64,000 bases of DNA from Spirochaetaceae bacterium (GTDB lineage: Bacteria; Spirochaetota; Spirochaetia; Treponematales; Rectinemataceae). Where the stretch lies: positions 24,698 to 88,697 of the forward strand of contig JANYKC010000086.1 of assembly GCA_025358255.1 (NCBI GenBank), given 5' to 3'. The notes beneath the pieces were generated by a model. That model had not been told where the DNA came from and ran no database searches. It worked only from the letters and a program-made list of their open reading frames with translations. The translations under genes and the position numbers were made by a program. This document shows positions 24,428 to 34,486 of this stretch, in pieces (within the stretch, counting starts at the first letter, position 1; every line of letters begins with the position of its first letter).

Positions 24428-25015
24428 ATGTCCACCTTCCTTCTTATCGCCCTCGGCCTGGCAATGGACGCCTTCGCCGTCTCCATCTCGAGCGGGATCT
24501 GCATCCCCCGCCTTGAGCTCCGCTTCGCCCTGCGGGCGGCTTTGGCCTTCGGCCTGTTCCAATTCGGCATGCCGGTCGCGGGCTGGCTCCTTGGCATGTC
24601 GTTCCGCGGCCTTATCCAGGGTTTTGACCACTGGATCGCCTTTGGCCTCCTTGCCATCGTCGGGGGGAAGATGATCGTCGAATTCGTCCGGGACTCGGCC
24701 AAGCCGCAGGAAGCCTGCGACGATGGCGAAAGGCCGCGCCGCAGCATCCTCACCTGGAGGGGCCTCCTTGTACTGGCTGTGGCCACGAGCGTGGACGCCT
24801 TGGCCGTCGGGCTTTCCTACAGCCTCCTCGGGACGGCGATACTCCAGCCCGCGGCCATCATTGGCGTCGTTACATTCGCGCTTTCTTTGGTCGGGTGCGA
24901 GTTCGGCAAGAGGATAGGGCAGAAATTCGAGGGCTGGGCGGAGCTGGCCGGGGGCATAGTCCTCGTGGGCATCGGCGCGAAGATCCTGGTCGAGCACCTG
25001 GCGAAGGGACTATAG
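24428..25015 (+). CDS. mntP: manganese efflux pump MntP
   Basis: Duplicated LAMDAFAVS / VATSVDALAVG motifs, about 6 TM helices. ATG at 24428 sits 6 nt after TAAGGTG. The track's GTG at 24419 is less likely. Confidence 0.85.
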   Translation: MSTFLLIALGLAMDAFAVSISSGICIPRLELRFALRAALAFGLFQFGMPVAGWLLGMSFRGLIQGFDHWIAFGLLAIVGGKMIVEFVRDSAKPQEACDDGERPRRSILTWRGLLVLAVATSVDALAVGLSYSLLGTAILQPAAIIGVVTFALSLVGCEFGKRIGQKFEGWAELAGGIVLVGIGAKILVEHLAKGL

Positions 25016-25024
25016 GGCGAAAAA

Positions 25025-26884
25025 CTAGAGCAAGGCGGTTTTAAGGAGTCCTGGGCCTACCTTGCAGGCCGATTCGAAAATGCCTGGCCAGGCAATAAGC
25101 AGCTCTCCAAATCGCAGGAAATGCTCGGCAAGCCTGGTTTTCGCCTCGCCTGCGACCATCCCTCCAAATTCCGGGGGAATCCAAAATCCAGGAGCTTCAA
25201 GCTTCGAGCATAGGGCTCGGATCGTTGCCTCGATGTCCAGAGCCCAGGCTTCGGGCATCCTTCCATAATCCGAGAGCGCCATTTCAAGCGTATCGATCCT
25301 GGCCATGATCAGGCGTGCCGCCGCCTCGGACAGGGCGAGGCGCAAGCCCGATCGTGGTCCCCGTGCCAAGGACGCCAGCCTCCGGCCAAGGGTCTCGTAG
25401 GCGCAAGGGCCGGCTTCGAGCCGGTTTGCGATCAATCCCATCACCGCTCCGAGGATTTCGTTCAACAGGAGATGATGGCGGCTCGGGTCACGCGCGGGCC
25501 CACGACGGACGCCTGTGGGAACATGGTGGATGGCCTGGGCCGGATAGGCGATGGCTTGCTCGGGATGGAGGTAACCCAGGGATGCGGCCCAGAGGCCGTC
25601 CTCGTAGGCTCCCCAAGGCGCGAAGGGCGGGAGGAGGGACCTTGCATCCAGTGCGATGTGCATACCCATGAGGCCCTTCCCCCCGATCGTCGTCCGGCGC
25701 GGCGCGCGGAAAAGCAGTTCGCTCTCCCTTGCCTTCGCATAGACTCCATCCCCGTAAACATCCTGGTCGCCCGCATCGACCGCCGCGCGCATCGATAGGA
25801 GGTAATATACCGAGGCCGTGCCGGAGGCGCCCCAGGTGCCGAAGCAGAGCGCCGCGACTCGGGAGTTCCCCGATAGAGCCGCGGACAGGAGGGCCGCAGT
25901 TGCATTCCTGAAATCCTTTTCATTTGCCTCGGCGAGGATATCGCGGACGAGCCTCCCAAGAAGCCGCCGGTGCGGACAGAGGACTCCCTCGGCAGAGCTT
26001 TGAGATTCCGCTCCGGGTAATCCCCACGAACCGAGCGCTTCGCTGTCGGCGAAGGGCGTCGGCAAGGCCGGATCCTGATCGGCGCTTAGCGCTATGCCGG
26101 GACAGGCATCGGGACGGAGACGGAAGGCGGCGACCGTATCGTCATCGGCCATCGCCACGGTCCTTCCTGCGGCCGCCATGAGGGCAAGATTGCGCGCCGC
26201 GCCGTAGCTGGCGATCCCCGGTCCCGGGCTGCCTTCGAGGCCGAGGGCAAAGGATGCTTCGCGGCCAGGCTTTGCCTCCAAGGCATCGGCAAGTCGGTGC
26301 CTGAAAGCGCGGTCGAGGTGGTAGACCTTGCCTGGATGGGAAGCGGCGAAAGCAAGGGCGATGGCTCGGGTGGCAGTCGGATCCTGGACCGAGTCATCGG
26401 CGATCAGGAAATCCGGCGTCGCGGTCCCATTGAAAGCACCGGCATCGGCCCAGGATCCGAGGGCGCGTCCAAGGCTATCTGGCCGGTCTCTCGTTGGCCA
26501 AGCGATGCAGGAAAGGCCCGGACCCGCCGAGACGGAAGCCACCGGCGCTTCCTTTTGGCCATCGAGGCAATCCCCAAGCCGGAGCAAAAAACCCCGAGCC
26601 TCGAGGTCTTTTATCATGTCCGGCAGGGTCGACAGGGCCTCGCCTTCCCAACCGCTTTTCCCTAGCCGCCGCTCCAGTTCTTCGAGCCCACGTGGCCTTT
26701 CGAGGGCCTGGAGGAGGGCGGCTTCGGTGGGATCCGGCAGCCGAAGCCCGCCATCCGCTCCGATCGCCGCGATACGGCCACCCGGGGCGTCGCCAAGGAA
26801 GCGGAATGGACGGGCCATCGGCGTATCGGTTCCAGGAAAGAAAGTCCGCGCCCAGTCGCCGGGCGCGGAGCGGGATTCCTTCAT
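25025..26884 (-). CDS. PqqD/RRE-like N-terminal domain fused to a GT-A (family 2-like) glycosyltransferase-like protein
   Basis: N-terminus LLQALERPRGLEELERRLG...DMIKDLEARGFLL resembles PqqD-type peptide-binding domains. Then IAWPTRDRP, LIADDS, GAARNLAL and MADDDT match the order of GT2 motifs. Large unassigned C-terminal region. Confidence 0.45.
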   Translation of the reverse strand: MKESRSAPGDWARTFFPGTDTPMARPFRFLGDAPGGRIAAIGADGGLRLPDPTEAALLQALERPRGLEELERRLGKSGWEGEALSTLPDMIKDLEARGFLLRLGDCLDGQKEAPVASVSAGPGLSCIAWPTRDRPDSLGRALGSWADAGAFNGTATPDFLIADDSVQDPTATRAIALAFAASHPGKVYHLDRAFRHRLADALEAKPGREASFALGLEGSPGPGIASYGAARNLALMAAAGRTVAMADDDTVAAFRLRPDACPGIALSADQDPALPTPFADSEALGSWGLPGAESQSSAEGVLCPHRRLLGRLVRDILAEANEKDFRNATAALLSAALSGNSRVAALCFGTWGASGTASVYYLLSMRAAVDAGDQDVYGDGVYAKARESELLFRAPRRTTIGGKGLMGMHIALDARSLLPPFAPWGAYEDGLWAASLGYLHPEQAIAYPAQAIHHVPTGVRRGPARDPSRHHLLLNEILGAVMGLIANRLEAGPCAYETLGRRLASLARGPRSGLRLALSEAAARLIMARIDTLEMALSDYGRMPEAWALDIEATIRALCSKLEAPGFWIPPEFGGMVAGEAKTRLAEHFLRFGELLIAWPGIFESACKVGPGLLKTALL

Positions 26885-26893
26885 GCGGTCGGC

Positions 26894-28087
26894 TTAGATA
26901 GGACCATGGGTATACGAATCGATCGTCCCTCCGACTTCGAACTCGAAACCATAGGAGTTGCCGAGGCTATCCTGGAAGTTGATCCTGAATCGCTTGCGGA
27001 AGGTGTACAAGGGCGGGCTGTAGGGGAAGGAGCCATTGGCGCCGTTGATGATCGTGAAAGACGCAGGGGTATCGATGGTCACCGGAGTCCCCGATGAAAT
27101 TCCCCCGATGCTGAGCGCCGCGATTGGATCAAAAGTATAGGTACCGCCGACCTTGTACCATCCGCCGAGCTCCTCGATATCGCGCACCGTCAGATAGAGG
27201 GCTGTATCATTATAGATGTCCAATGTCCTCGTTCCGATCGCATTATAGCCCAGGTATTCCATGGGGGCGTAATCGCCATTGTACAAGGTGGTTCCTGAAG
27301 AGGAGTCGTTCAGGTAGACGTTCGAACCGCCGACTCCGAACGATTGGACTGGACCTACATAGACTGTCGCGCCCTTGAACAGGATGGCCACGTTCCAGGT
27401 TGTCCCGCCATCCGAAGAGGTACGCATGTATGCGTCGCCGGAGATGTAGGACGCATGCCAGCTCGCCGATCCATCGACGCTGTACTCGATCTGCAAGTTC
27501 GGCGCGTCGGCGCCGCTTGCCCCGGTTATCCGTAGCGCTCCGCTCCAGGTCGCGCCGCCATCCACGGAGGTCCTGAGGTAATTGTCACCCGTGGCGTTGA
27601 TGGCATGCCAGGCGGTCAAACCGTCGATGCTATAGCCGATCTGGAGAAGGGGAGCGTCCGAGCCGGTGGCACCGACAACCAGGAGGGCGGCGCTCCACGT
27701 CGTGCCGCCGTCCACCGAACTGCGGATGTACCTGTCACCCGTGGCAAAGGCCTCATGCCAACCCGTTGTCCCATCGACGCTGTATTCCAGTTGCAGGGCG
27801 GGGGCGGCCGCGCCAGTGGCGCCGGCGGATCCGGCGACCCGCAATCCCTCGCTCCAGGTCAGGCCGTCGTCCACGGACATGCGGATGAAGCTATCACCGG
27901 AAACGCTAGCCACGTGCCAGTCTGCCACGCCGTCTGCGCTGTATTCGATCTGGAGCAGGGGTGCGTCGGCTCCGCTTTCGAGCCCCAAGAGGCCCGCAAG
28001 GTTCGAGCATCCAAAGGCCAGGATCGCAAGGGCTACACAAATCGCCGCCAAAAAAGCTTCGGGCCGGGTCTTTTTTTTCCCATGCAC
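26894..28087 (-). CDS. lipoprotein with four Asp-box (BNR, SxDxGxTW) repeat units plus an unassigned C-terminal domain
   Basis: Signal peptide with lipobox LAFGC. Four 44-48 aa repeats of LQIEYSxDG..WH....GD.Y.R.S.DGG.TW. The stop is 9 nt before the start of the next gene. Confidence 0.75.
   Translation of the reverse strand: MHGKKKTRPEAFLAAICVALAILAFGCSNLAGLLGLESGADAPLLQIEYSADGVADWHVASVSGDSFIRMSVDDGLTWSEGLRVAGSAGATGAAAPALQLEYSVDGTTGWHEAFATGDRYIRSSVDGGTTWSAALLVVGATGSDAPLLQIGYSIDGLTAWHAINATGDNYLRTSVDGGATWSGALRITGASGADAPNLQIEYSVDGSASWHASYISGDAYMRTSSDGGTTWNVAILFKGATVYVGPVQSFGVGGSNVYLNDSSSGTTLYNGDYAPMEYLGYNAIGTRTLDIYNDTALYLTVRDIEELGGWYKVGGTYTFDPIAALSIGGISSGTPVTIDTPASFTIINGANGSFPYSPPLYTFRKRFRINFQDSLGNSYGFEFEVGGTIDSYTHGPI
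27421..27964 (-). repeat. four tandem coding repeats of about 135 bp (Asp-box units)
   Basis: Repeated protein units visible in the translation of 26894..28087. Confidence 0.7.
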
Positions 28088-28170
28088 GCACTCCTTTATG
28101 GGCGTATGGCATCGACTTTTCCTGATCTCTAGTATATCCCTCAGGTTTATTATTTGTGGTGCGGAGGATT

Positions 28171-28196
28171 AAAAAAAGCCGCCCAAAAGGGCAGCT
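28171..28196 (-). terminator. rho-independent terminator after dnaJ
   Basis: Minus-strand RNA AGCUGCCC-UUUU-GGGCGGCU (one G-U pair) followed by 7 U. Confidence 0.8.
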
Positions 28197-28226
28197 TCAT
28201 AACCAGGCAGGAGACTAGCTGGCTTG

Positions 28227-29369
28227 TCAGTTCTTGAGCTCCGAGAGCTTGATGGGCTTGGGCTCGTTGTCCTCGCCTTCGAGCTTCCGGAGCTCCTCAA
28301 GCAGTTCTTTTCCTTTCCGGGAGAGCTTCTGGGGGACCTGGACGAGAAGCTTGAGGTACAGGTCCCCGCGGCGGCCGGACGGGGACGGCACGCCCTCCTC
28401 GCGGACACGCAGCATGCGGGCGTTCTGGGAGCCTGAAGGAATGCTGACCGCGATCTTCCTGCCTTCTATCGTGGTGAAATTGATGTCCCCGCCGAGCGCC
28501 GCCATCGTGAGGCTGATGGGGAGGGCGCAGTACAGGTCATTTCCGTCCCGTTCGAAATACTCATGTGGCCGGACGCGGATGAATACGTAAAGATCGCCGG
28601 CCGCGCCGCCGTTGGGACCTGAATCCCCCTGGCCGGGGATGACGACCCGCTTGCCGTCCTCGACGCCGGCCGGGATGGTCACCTTGATCTTCTGCTTTTT
28701 CTTCGCCAGCCCAGAGCCATCGCAGTCCCGGCAGGGCTTCTCGATCACATAGCCTTCCCCTCGGCAGGAAGGACAGGTCTGGGCGATGGAAAAGAAGCCG
28801 GAGCTCCTGCGGACCTGGCCCGAGCCCTGACAGGTCGGGCAGACATGTCGTGCAGACCCGTCAGCCGATCCAGAACCCGTACAAGTCTTGCAGACGTCAT
28901 TCTTGCCGTAGACAATCTCCCGGGAAGCGCCGAATACGGCCTCTTCGAAGGGGAGCTCCAGGTCATAGCGGAGGTTGGACCCGCGGGCGGTACGCTCATG
29001 GCCACCGCCGCCGGAAGCCCCGCCGCGGCGGCCGCCGCCGAAGAAGGAATCGAATATGTTGGAAAAATCCCCAAAACCGAAGATGTCCTCGAAGTCCTTG
29101 AAGACAGTAGAGAAGTCCTGGGGGTTGCCTGCCCCGCCCATGCCCTCCACACCGGCGAAGCCGAAGCGGTCGTAAGCGCCTCGCTTCTGCTCGTCGGCCA
29201 GGACCTCGTAGGCTTCGGTGGCTTCCTTGAAGCGCTCCTCGGCCGCGTGATCGCCGGGATTCTTGTCGGGATGGTTCGCGATGGCGAGGCGGCGGTATGC
29301 CTTCTTGATGTCATCCTTCGTAGCGCCTTTTTCGACGCCGAGGACTTCGTAATAATCACGCTTGGCCAC
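28227..29369 (-). CDS. dnaJ: molecular chaperone DnaJ
   Basis: J domain with HPDKNP, G/F-rich region, four CxxCxGxG zinc-finger repeats. Confidence 0.97.
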   Translation of the reverse strand: MAKRDYYEVLGVEKGATKDDIKKAYRRLAIANHPDKNPGDHAAEERFKEATEAYEVLADEQKRGAYDRFGFAGVEGMGGAGNPQDFSTVFKDFEDIFGFGDFSNIFDSFFGGGRRGGASGGGGHERTARGSNLRYDLELPFEEAVFGASREIVYGKNDVCKTCTGSGSADGSARHVCPTCQGSGQVRRSSGFFSIAQTCPSCRGEGYVIEKPCRDCDGSGLAKKKQKIKVTIPAGVEDGKRVVIPGQGDSGPNGGAAGDLYVFIRVRPHEYFERDGNDLYCALPISLTMAALGGDINFTTIEGRKIAVSIPSGSQNARMLRVREEGVPSPSGRRGDLYLKLLVQVPQKLSRKGKELLEELRKLEGEDNEPKPIKLSELKN

Positions 29370-29427
29370 GTAAGATCCTTATAATGCGAATGGTGGACGG
29401 TGCTCGCCACCATCCACCGATTCTCTG

Positions 29428-31401
29428 CTATTTCTTGTCTTCGTCGTCCACGACGCGATAGTCGACATCGTCGGCCGAGCCTCCCGTGGGTCCGCTGGAC
29501 GATCCGCCCGTCGGGCCGCTCCCGGGTCCGCCTGGCTGGCCGCCGCCGAAATCGGGACCGGCTCCACCTTGGTCGCCGCCACCTTGGCCGGGCTGAGCGC
29601 CGGTTGTCTTGTAGACCTCCTCGGAAAGCTTGTAGAAAGCCTGCTTGAGAACCTCGGTCTTGGCCTTGATGGCCTCGAGGTCCTGTCCTTCGAGGGTTTT
29701 CCTGAGGTCTGCGATGGCGGTCTCGATATTGGCCCTGTCGCCGGGGCTGGCCTTGTCCCCGAGGTCCTTGAGCGATTTCTCGGTGGTGTACATGAGGCTA
29801 TCCGCCTCGTTTTTCACCTCGGCCCTTTCGCGCTCCAGCTTGTCCTCGGCGGCGTGCGCCTCCGCTTCCTTGACCATCCGCTCGATGTCCGATTCATTGA
29901 GGCCGGACGCTGCCTCGATGCGGATCTTCTGCTCCTTGCCGGTGCCGAGGTCCTTGGCGGAGACGTGGACGATTCCGTTCGCGTCGATGTCGAAGGTGAC
30001 CTCGACCTGGGGCACTCCGCGCGGAGCGGGAGGTATGCCAACGAGGTCGAAGCGCCCGAGGGTGCGGTTCTGGGTGGCCATCTCCCGTTCGCCTTGGAGG
30101 ACATGGATGGATACCGCGGTCTGGCCGTCGGCGGCCGTGGAGAATATCTGGCTCTTCCGGCAGGGGATGGTGGTGTTGCGCTGGATGAGCTTGGTCATGA
30201 CCTGGCCGAGGGTCTCGATGCCCAAGGACAACGGAGTCACGTCGAGGAGGAGGACATCCTTGACCTCACCGCCGAGGATGCCGCCCTGAATGGCGGCGCC
30301 GACAGCGACGGCCTCGTCAGGGTTGACACCTTTTGAGGGCTCCTTGCCAAAAAGCTCGCGGACGATCTGCTGGACCTTAGGGATGCGGGTGGAGCCGCCG
30401 ACAAGGATGACCTCATCGATCTGGGAAGCCTGGAGGCCAGCGTCGGCAAGGGCCTTCGTGCAGGGGGTCTTTGAGCGCTCGAGGAGGTCCACCACGAGGT
30501 TCTCGAAGTTGGCGCGGGAAAGGGTCTTCTGGAGATGCTTCGGGCCCGCGGCGTCGGCAGTGATGAAGGGCAGGTTTATCTCGGCCTGCATGACGTTGGA
30601 GAGCTCGATCTTGGCCTTCTCCGACACATCCTTGAGTCGCTGGAGGGCCATCTTGTCCTTGGAGAGGTCGATGCCAGTGTCTTTCCTGAACTCATCGATG
30701 AGCCACTGCATGATGCGGCGGTCAAAATCGTCGCCGCCCAAGTGGGTATCGCCGTTGGTGGACTTGACCTCGAAGACGCCTTCGCCAAGCTCAAGGATGG
30801 ATATGTCGAAGGTGCCCCCGCCGAGGTCGTAGACAGCGATGGTCTTCTCTTTCTTCTGGTCCTTGTTGTAGCCGTAGGCAAGCGCCGCGGCTGTCGGTTC
30901 GTTGATGATGCGCTTGACCTCGAGGCCGGCGATCTTGCCGGCATCCTTGGTGGCCTGGCGCTGGGCATCGTTGAAATAGGCAGGAACGGTGATGACGGCC
31001 TCGGTGACAGGTTCGCCGAGATAGTCCTCCGCGGTCTTCTTCATCTTCTGGAGGACGAAGGCGGAGATCTCCTGGGGGCTGTACTGCTTTCCACCGGCCT
31101 CGACCCGGACGTCGTTGCCATTATCAAGGACCTTGTAGGGGACCAGCTTGGTCTCATCGCCGACCTCGGCCAGGCGACGGCCCATGAACCGCTTTATCGA
31201 GTAGATCGTGCTTTCGGGATTGGTGATCATCTGGTTTTTCGCCGGCTGGCCGACGACGCGCTCGCCTTTCGGCGTGAAGCCGACGACGGAAGCGGTGGTC
31301 CGCTGCCCCTCTGAATTCGCGATGACGAGGGGCTCGCCGCCCTCCATGACCGCGACGCAGGAATACGTCGTTCCAAGATCGATTCCGATTATCCTACCCA
31401 T
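29428..31401 (-). CDS. dnaK: molecular chaperone DnaK (Hsp70)
   Basis: [26 protein letters not shown] and [13 protein letters not shown] signatures. Confidence 0.98.
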   Translation of the reverse strand: MGRIIGIDLGTTYSCVAVMEGGEPLVIANSEGQRTTASVVGFTPKGERVVGQPAKNQMITNPESTIYSIKRFMGRRLAEVGDETKLVPYKVLDNGNDVRVEAGGKQYSPQEISAFVLQKMKKTAEDYLGEPVTEAVITVPAYFNDAQRQATKDAGKIAGLEVKRIINEPTAAALAYGYNKDQKKEKTIAVYDLGGGTFDISILELGEGVFEVKSTNGDTHLGGDDFDRRIMQWLIDEFRKDTGIDLSKDKMALQRLKDVSEKAKIELSNVMQAEINLPFITADAAGPKHLQKTLSRANFENLVVDLLERSKTPCTKALADAGLQASQIDEVILVGGSTRIPKVQQIVRELFGKEPSKGVNPDEAVAVGAAIQGGILGGEVKDVLLLDVTPLSLGIETLGQVMTKLIQRNTTIPCRKSQIFSTAADGQTAVSIHVLQGEREMATQNRTLGRFDLVGIPPAPRGVPQVEVTFDIDANGIVHVSAKDLGTGKEQKIRIEAASGLNESDIERMVKEAEAHAAEDKLERERAEVKNEADSLMYTTEKSLKDLGDKASPGDRANIETAIADLRKTLEGQDLEAIKAKTEVLKQAFYKLSEEVYKTTGAQPGQGGGDQGGAGPDFGGGQPGGPGSGPTGGSSSGPTGGSADDVDYRVVDDEDKK

Positions 31402-31479
31402 ATTCTGGCTCCTTGCTATGGCTTTCGTTCTCTATATGCCCGCGAAACGGCGGGCCATTGGCCGGCAAACGGCCCCTTC

Positions 31480-32283
31480 CTACTTTTGCCCTTTTTCCGC
31501 CGCCGTGCCGTTTTCAGGAGGCGAGTCCACCCCGGCACCCTGCTCCACATCGCCCTCATCATCCGGACCGGACGCGGTCCTCATCCCCGGGCCCGCTTCC
31601 ACCCCCCCTGAGGCAGGCGGTTCGGCAGGATTCTCCTGCGCCGAGCGCATCGCCTCCGGAGATGGCATCTGCACTTTCACCTTGGCACTCCTGATCACGC
31701 GGTCATTCAACTTGTAGCCAGGAAGGAATTCCTGGGACACCAAGGGCTCCGACACATCGGCAAGCTCGCTCGCGACTGCTTCATGGATGTTCGGGTCAAA
31801 GGCCTGGCCCGTCGCGGAGAAAGCCGAGAGGGCGTACTTGTTCGAAAGCATCTGCCCGAACTGCCTGCGTATGAGGACAACGCCGTCATGGAGGATAGCA
31901 TACTCATTCACGTGTTCGGCGCTTCCCACCGCTCGATCGAAGTCATCCAAAATCTGGATGAGGTCAGAAAGCAAGCCGGTGTTGGCGAATTTCAAGGACT
32001 CTTCGCGCTCCCGGAACATCCGCTTCCTGAAGTTTTCATAGTCGGCAAGCTTGCGGAGGTACTGGTCCTTGAGTGAGGAGACTTCCTCCACCAGTGCCGA
32101 TTCCCGGGCTTCGAGGGCAGCGACGCGTTCGCGAAGGGCAGCGACTTCTACCTCATCCGATTCGCTCACGAGTGAGGACTCGGGCTTTTCCGCGCCTTCC
32201 GTTCCTGGAGCGCCGACAGGGTCCGCCGGCACTGTTTCTGGGCTGACCCGGCCATCGGGGCGCTCGGGGTGTTTGCTTGACAT
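31480..32283 (-). CDS. grpE: nucleotide exchange factor GrpE (with extended acidic/Pro-rich termini)
   Basis: LADYENFRKR coiled-coil motif and C-terminal beta domain (PGYKLNDRVIRSAKVKV). Position upstream of dnaK. Confidence 0.93.
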   Translation of the reverse strand: MSSKHPERPDGRVSPETVPADPVGAPGTEGAEKPESSLVSESDEVEVAALRERVAALEARESALVEEVSSLKDQYLRKLADYENFRKRMFREREESLKFANTGLLSDLIQILDDFDRAVGSAEHVNEYAILHDGVVLIRRQFGQMLSNKYALSAFSATGQAFDPNIHEAVASELADVSEPLVSQEFLPGYKLNDRVIRSAKVKVQMPSPEAMRSAQENPAEPPASGGVEAGPGMRTASGPDDEGDVEQGAGVDSPPENGTAAEKGQK

Positions 32284-32338
32284 CTTTCCACCTGGGTGTG
32301 GCCCGGTTGAGCCTTTTTAGTATCCATAAAATAATAAA

Positions 32339-32367
32339 CAGCTGATGAGTGCGTCAACACGAATCCG
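32339..32367 (-). promoter_or_regulatory. candidate sigma-70 promoter for grpE-dnaK-dnaJ
   Basis: Minus strand: TTGACG followed 15-17 nt later by the AT-rich TATTATTTTAT. Confidence 0.4.
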
Positions 32368-32510
32368 AAACAGCCGGCTCGCGGGTTTCGAGCCCCGGGC
32401 AAAGCCCTTGGAAAGATCGGAAATTTTTCGATGTTTTATTTATATGCATACACGGTCACAATTTAGGCACACTTTTTGCGCATGTTTTTGCTCCCGGAGA
32501 AGACAGAATC

Positions 32511-32538
32511 TTGACAAAAGTCCCATGGGGCCTAGAAT
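32511..32538 (+). promoter_or_regulatory. candidate sigma-70 promoter for rpoN
   Basis: TTGACA, 16 nt, TAGAAT, about 45 nt upstream of the rpoN start. Confidence 0.55.
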
Positions 32539-32580
32539 TTGACCAGTAATCACTACTTGAAATAGCCGGCGGAGGTCAGG

Positions 32581-33960
32581 TTGCAGCTCCAGAAGCCCGT
32601 TCTTTTAACGGAACAGCGCCAGCATCTCAGCCCTCAAATGATCCAATCCATAAAACTCATGGCACTTCCCCTCCAGGAGCTGAAGGAGCAAATCCAGGAG
32701 GAAATTGAGGCGAATCCGGCACTCGAAGTGGTCGAAGACCGTTCAACGGTTTCTCTTGAAACCCTGCCAGAAAACGAGGAAAGGGAAGGCGAGGAAGTCC
32801 AGGCCTTTGAAAACAGCTCCGATCCGGGCTTCGCCTCGCGGTCGGGTTCGGATGACGATTCCAAGCGGATGTTCATTGAAGGTGCCATCGCCCGCCCCGA
32901 GACCCTCCAGGAGCACCTCCTTTGGCAGCTTCGGCTCCAGCCCCTCGATGAGGATCGCCGGGCCATGGGCGAGGCATTGATCCAGAACCTCGATGACGAC
33001 GGTTTTCACAAGGAAAGTCCCTACAGTCTCAAATCCAGCGTCGAGACGGCCTTCGTGGACGAAATCGTCGAGCTCGTGAGGGGATTCGAGCCCCTTGGCA
33101 CCTGCACCTCCGATTTCCGCGAAAGCCTCAAGGTCCAGGCAAGGCTTTCTCCCGAGAAGGCCCCACCTTCCGCGGTCCTGATCCTCGCCGACCATATAGA
33201 CCTCCTCGAGCGCGCCAAGCATAGGGAGATCCAGAAGCGGCTCAAGCTTTCGGAAGTCCAGCTTCAGGAAGCCCTGGTATTCATCAAGGGGCTTTCTCCC
33301 TTCCCCGGTCGGGCCTATTCCTCCACCGAGCCGAATTACGTGACACCCGACATCCTCGTCAAGCTCAAGGAGGGCGACTTCGTCATCGTCCTCAACGACG
33401 AGGAAATACCGGTGCTTGGCATCGATCCATTTTTCGACAGCCTCGCGGGCGAGAAGGGTGGGGACAAGGCCACCGGGGTCTACGTGCGGGACAACATCAA
33501 GCGGGCCAAATTCTTCATCCGATCGATCCACCAGCGGAACCAGACCCTCCTCAAGGTCACCAGGGCCGTCGTGGAATTCCAGCGCGCCTTTTTCGCCCGC
33601 GGCCCCAAGCACCTCGCGCCGCTCACCCTGAAAGACGTCGCAGAGGAGATCGGCGTCCACGAGACGACGGTTTCGCGCATCGCGCACAAGAAGTACATCC
33701 AGACCGACTGGGGCATCTACGAACTCCGTTACTTCTTCACGAATTCGATCTCCGGAGCCGGGTCCTCCGGGTCCAGGTTCTCGAAGGAAGGGGTCAAGCA
33801 GATCATCAAGGAGATCATCGAGTCGGAGGACCGCGTCCTGGCCGACCATGACATCGTCGACATCCTCGGCCGGCGGGGCATCAAGCTGGCGCGGCGGACG
33901 GTCGCCAAATACCGTTCGGAGCTCGATCTCAATTCGTCGTTCGGCCGGAAGCGGGGATAG
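32581..33960 (+). CDS. rpoN: RNA polymerase sigma-54 factor RpoN
   Basis: TTG start 8 nt after GGAGG. Region I Q/L-rich (QRQHLSPQMIQSIKLMALPLQELKEQI). HTH and RpoN box (ARRTVAKYR). Confidence 0.95.
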   Translation: MQLQKPVLLTEQRQHLSPQMIQSIKLMALPLQELKEQIQEEIEANPALEVVEDRSTVSLETLPENEEREGEEVQAFENSSDPGFASRSGSDDDSKRMFIEGAIARPETLQEHLLWQLRLQPLDEDRRAMGEALIQNLDDDGFHKESPYSLKSSVETAFVDEIVELVRGFEPLGTCTSDFRESLKVQARLSPEKAPPSAVLILADHIDLLERAKHREIQKRLKLSEVQLQEALVFIKGLSPFPGRAYSSTEPNYVTPDILVKLKEGDFVIVLNDEEIPVLGIDPFFDSLAGEKGGDKATGVYVRDNIKRAKFFIRSIHQRNQTLLKVTRAVVEFQRAFFARGPKHLAPLTLKDVAEEIGVHETTVSRIAHKKYIQTDWGIYELRYFFTNSISGAGSSGSRFSKEGVKQIIKEIIESEDRVLADHDIVDILGRRGIKLARRTVAKYRSELDLNSSFGRKRG

Positions 33961-34079
33961 GCGCGGCTCCGCTTGTTTTTTGGTTGATGCGGCCGGAGAC
34001 GGCGGCCCGCTGCCACACAGCGACAGCCGGAGCCGCGCCGACGGCACCTTGGGGTGTCGCATATCGCAAGGAGGTGTCC

Positions 34080-34370
34080 ATGACTGTCGACGTTCGCTCC
34101 GTGCATTTCGATCTGGCGCCCAAGAGCAGGGAATATCTCGACAAGAAACTAGAGCGGATTGAGTATGCGAAGGACATGATCGTCGATCTCATTTTCGTCT
34201 TCAAGAAGGACAAGGAATTCGAGGTGGAGGCGACGGTGAACTTCCGATGGGGCACCGTGGCCCATGTCGAGGAGAAGGATTACAGCCTGGACGCCGGCAT
34301 AGACAAGCTCGTCGACAGGCTGGAGCAGAAGATCGCGAAGGAAAAGGAGAAGGTCCAGGAGCATAAATAG
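34080..34370 (+). CDS. hpf: ribosome hibernation promoting factor / sigma-54 modulation protein (short HPF/RaiA type)
   Basis: AGGAGG upstream of the ATG at 34080. The roughly 96-aa protein has the YfiA/HPF pattern (VHFDLAPKSREYLDKKLERI...). Position after rpoN. Confidence 0.8.
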   Translation: MTVDVRSVHFDLAPKSREYLDKKLERIEYAKDMIVDLIFVFKKDKEFEVEATVNFRWGTVAHVEEKDYSLDAGIDKLVDRLEQKIAKEKEKVQEHK

Positions 34371-34395
34371 GGCTCGAAGCGTCAACCGGGCAAAA

Positions 34396-34421
34396 AGCGG
34401 CCCTTCCGGGCCGCTCTTTTT
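34396..34421 (+). terminator. rho-independent terminator after hpf
   Basis: agcggccc-ttcc-gggccgct stem-loop followed by ctttttg. Confidence 0.8.
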
Positions 34422-34486
34422 GCGCCTTGACCGAAAATCAGGCGTTTGCGCTATTCGCCGCTTCGTAGTACACTCGACTTCGCATC

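Noticed and set aside
23326-24786. The 486-aa version of paralogue D, extending upstream through the mntP leader and into mntP.
   Set aside because: The N-terminal 167 aa are Arg/Pro-rich nonsense overlapping mntP on the opposite strand. The ATG at 24285 has a strong RBS, and homology with copies A-C starts right after it.
27421-27964. Tandem repeats of about 135 bp, considered as a possible CRISPR-like or intergenic repeat array.
   Set aside because: They lie inside an intact ORF, are in frame, and encode Asp-box protein repeats. There are no spacers, no leader and no cas genes.
32284-32580. Looked for a CIRCE element (TTAGCACTC-N9-GAGTGCTAA) or an hrcA gene upstream of grpE-dnaK-dnaJ.
   Set aside because: No CIRCE-like inverted repeat is present and no hrcA lies in the window. 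Only a sigma-70-like promoter candidate was seen.
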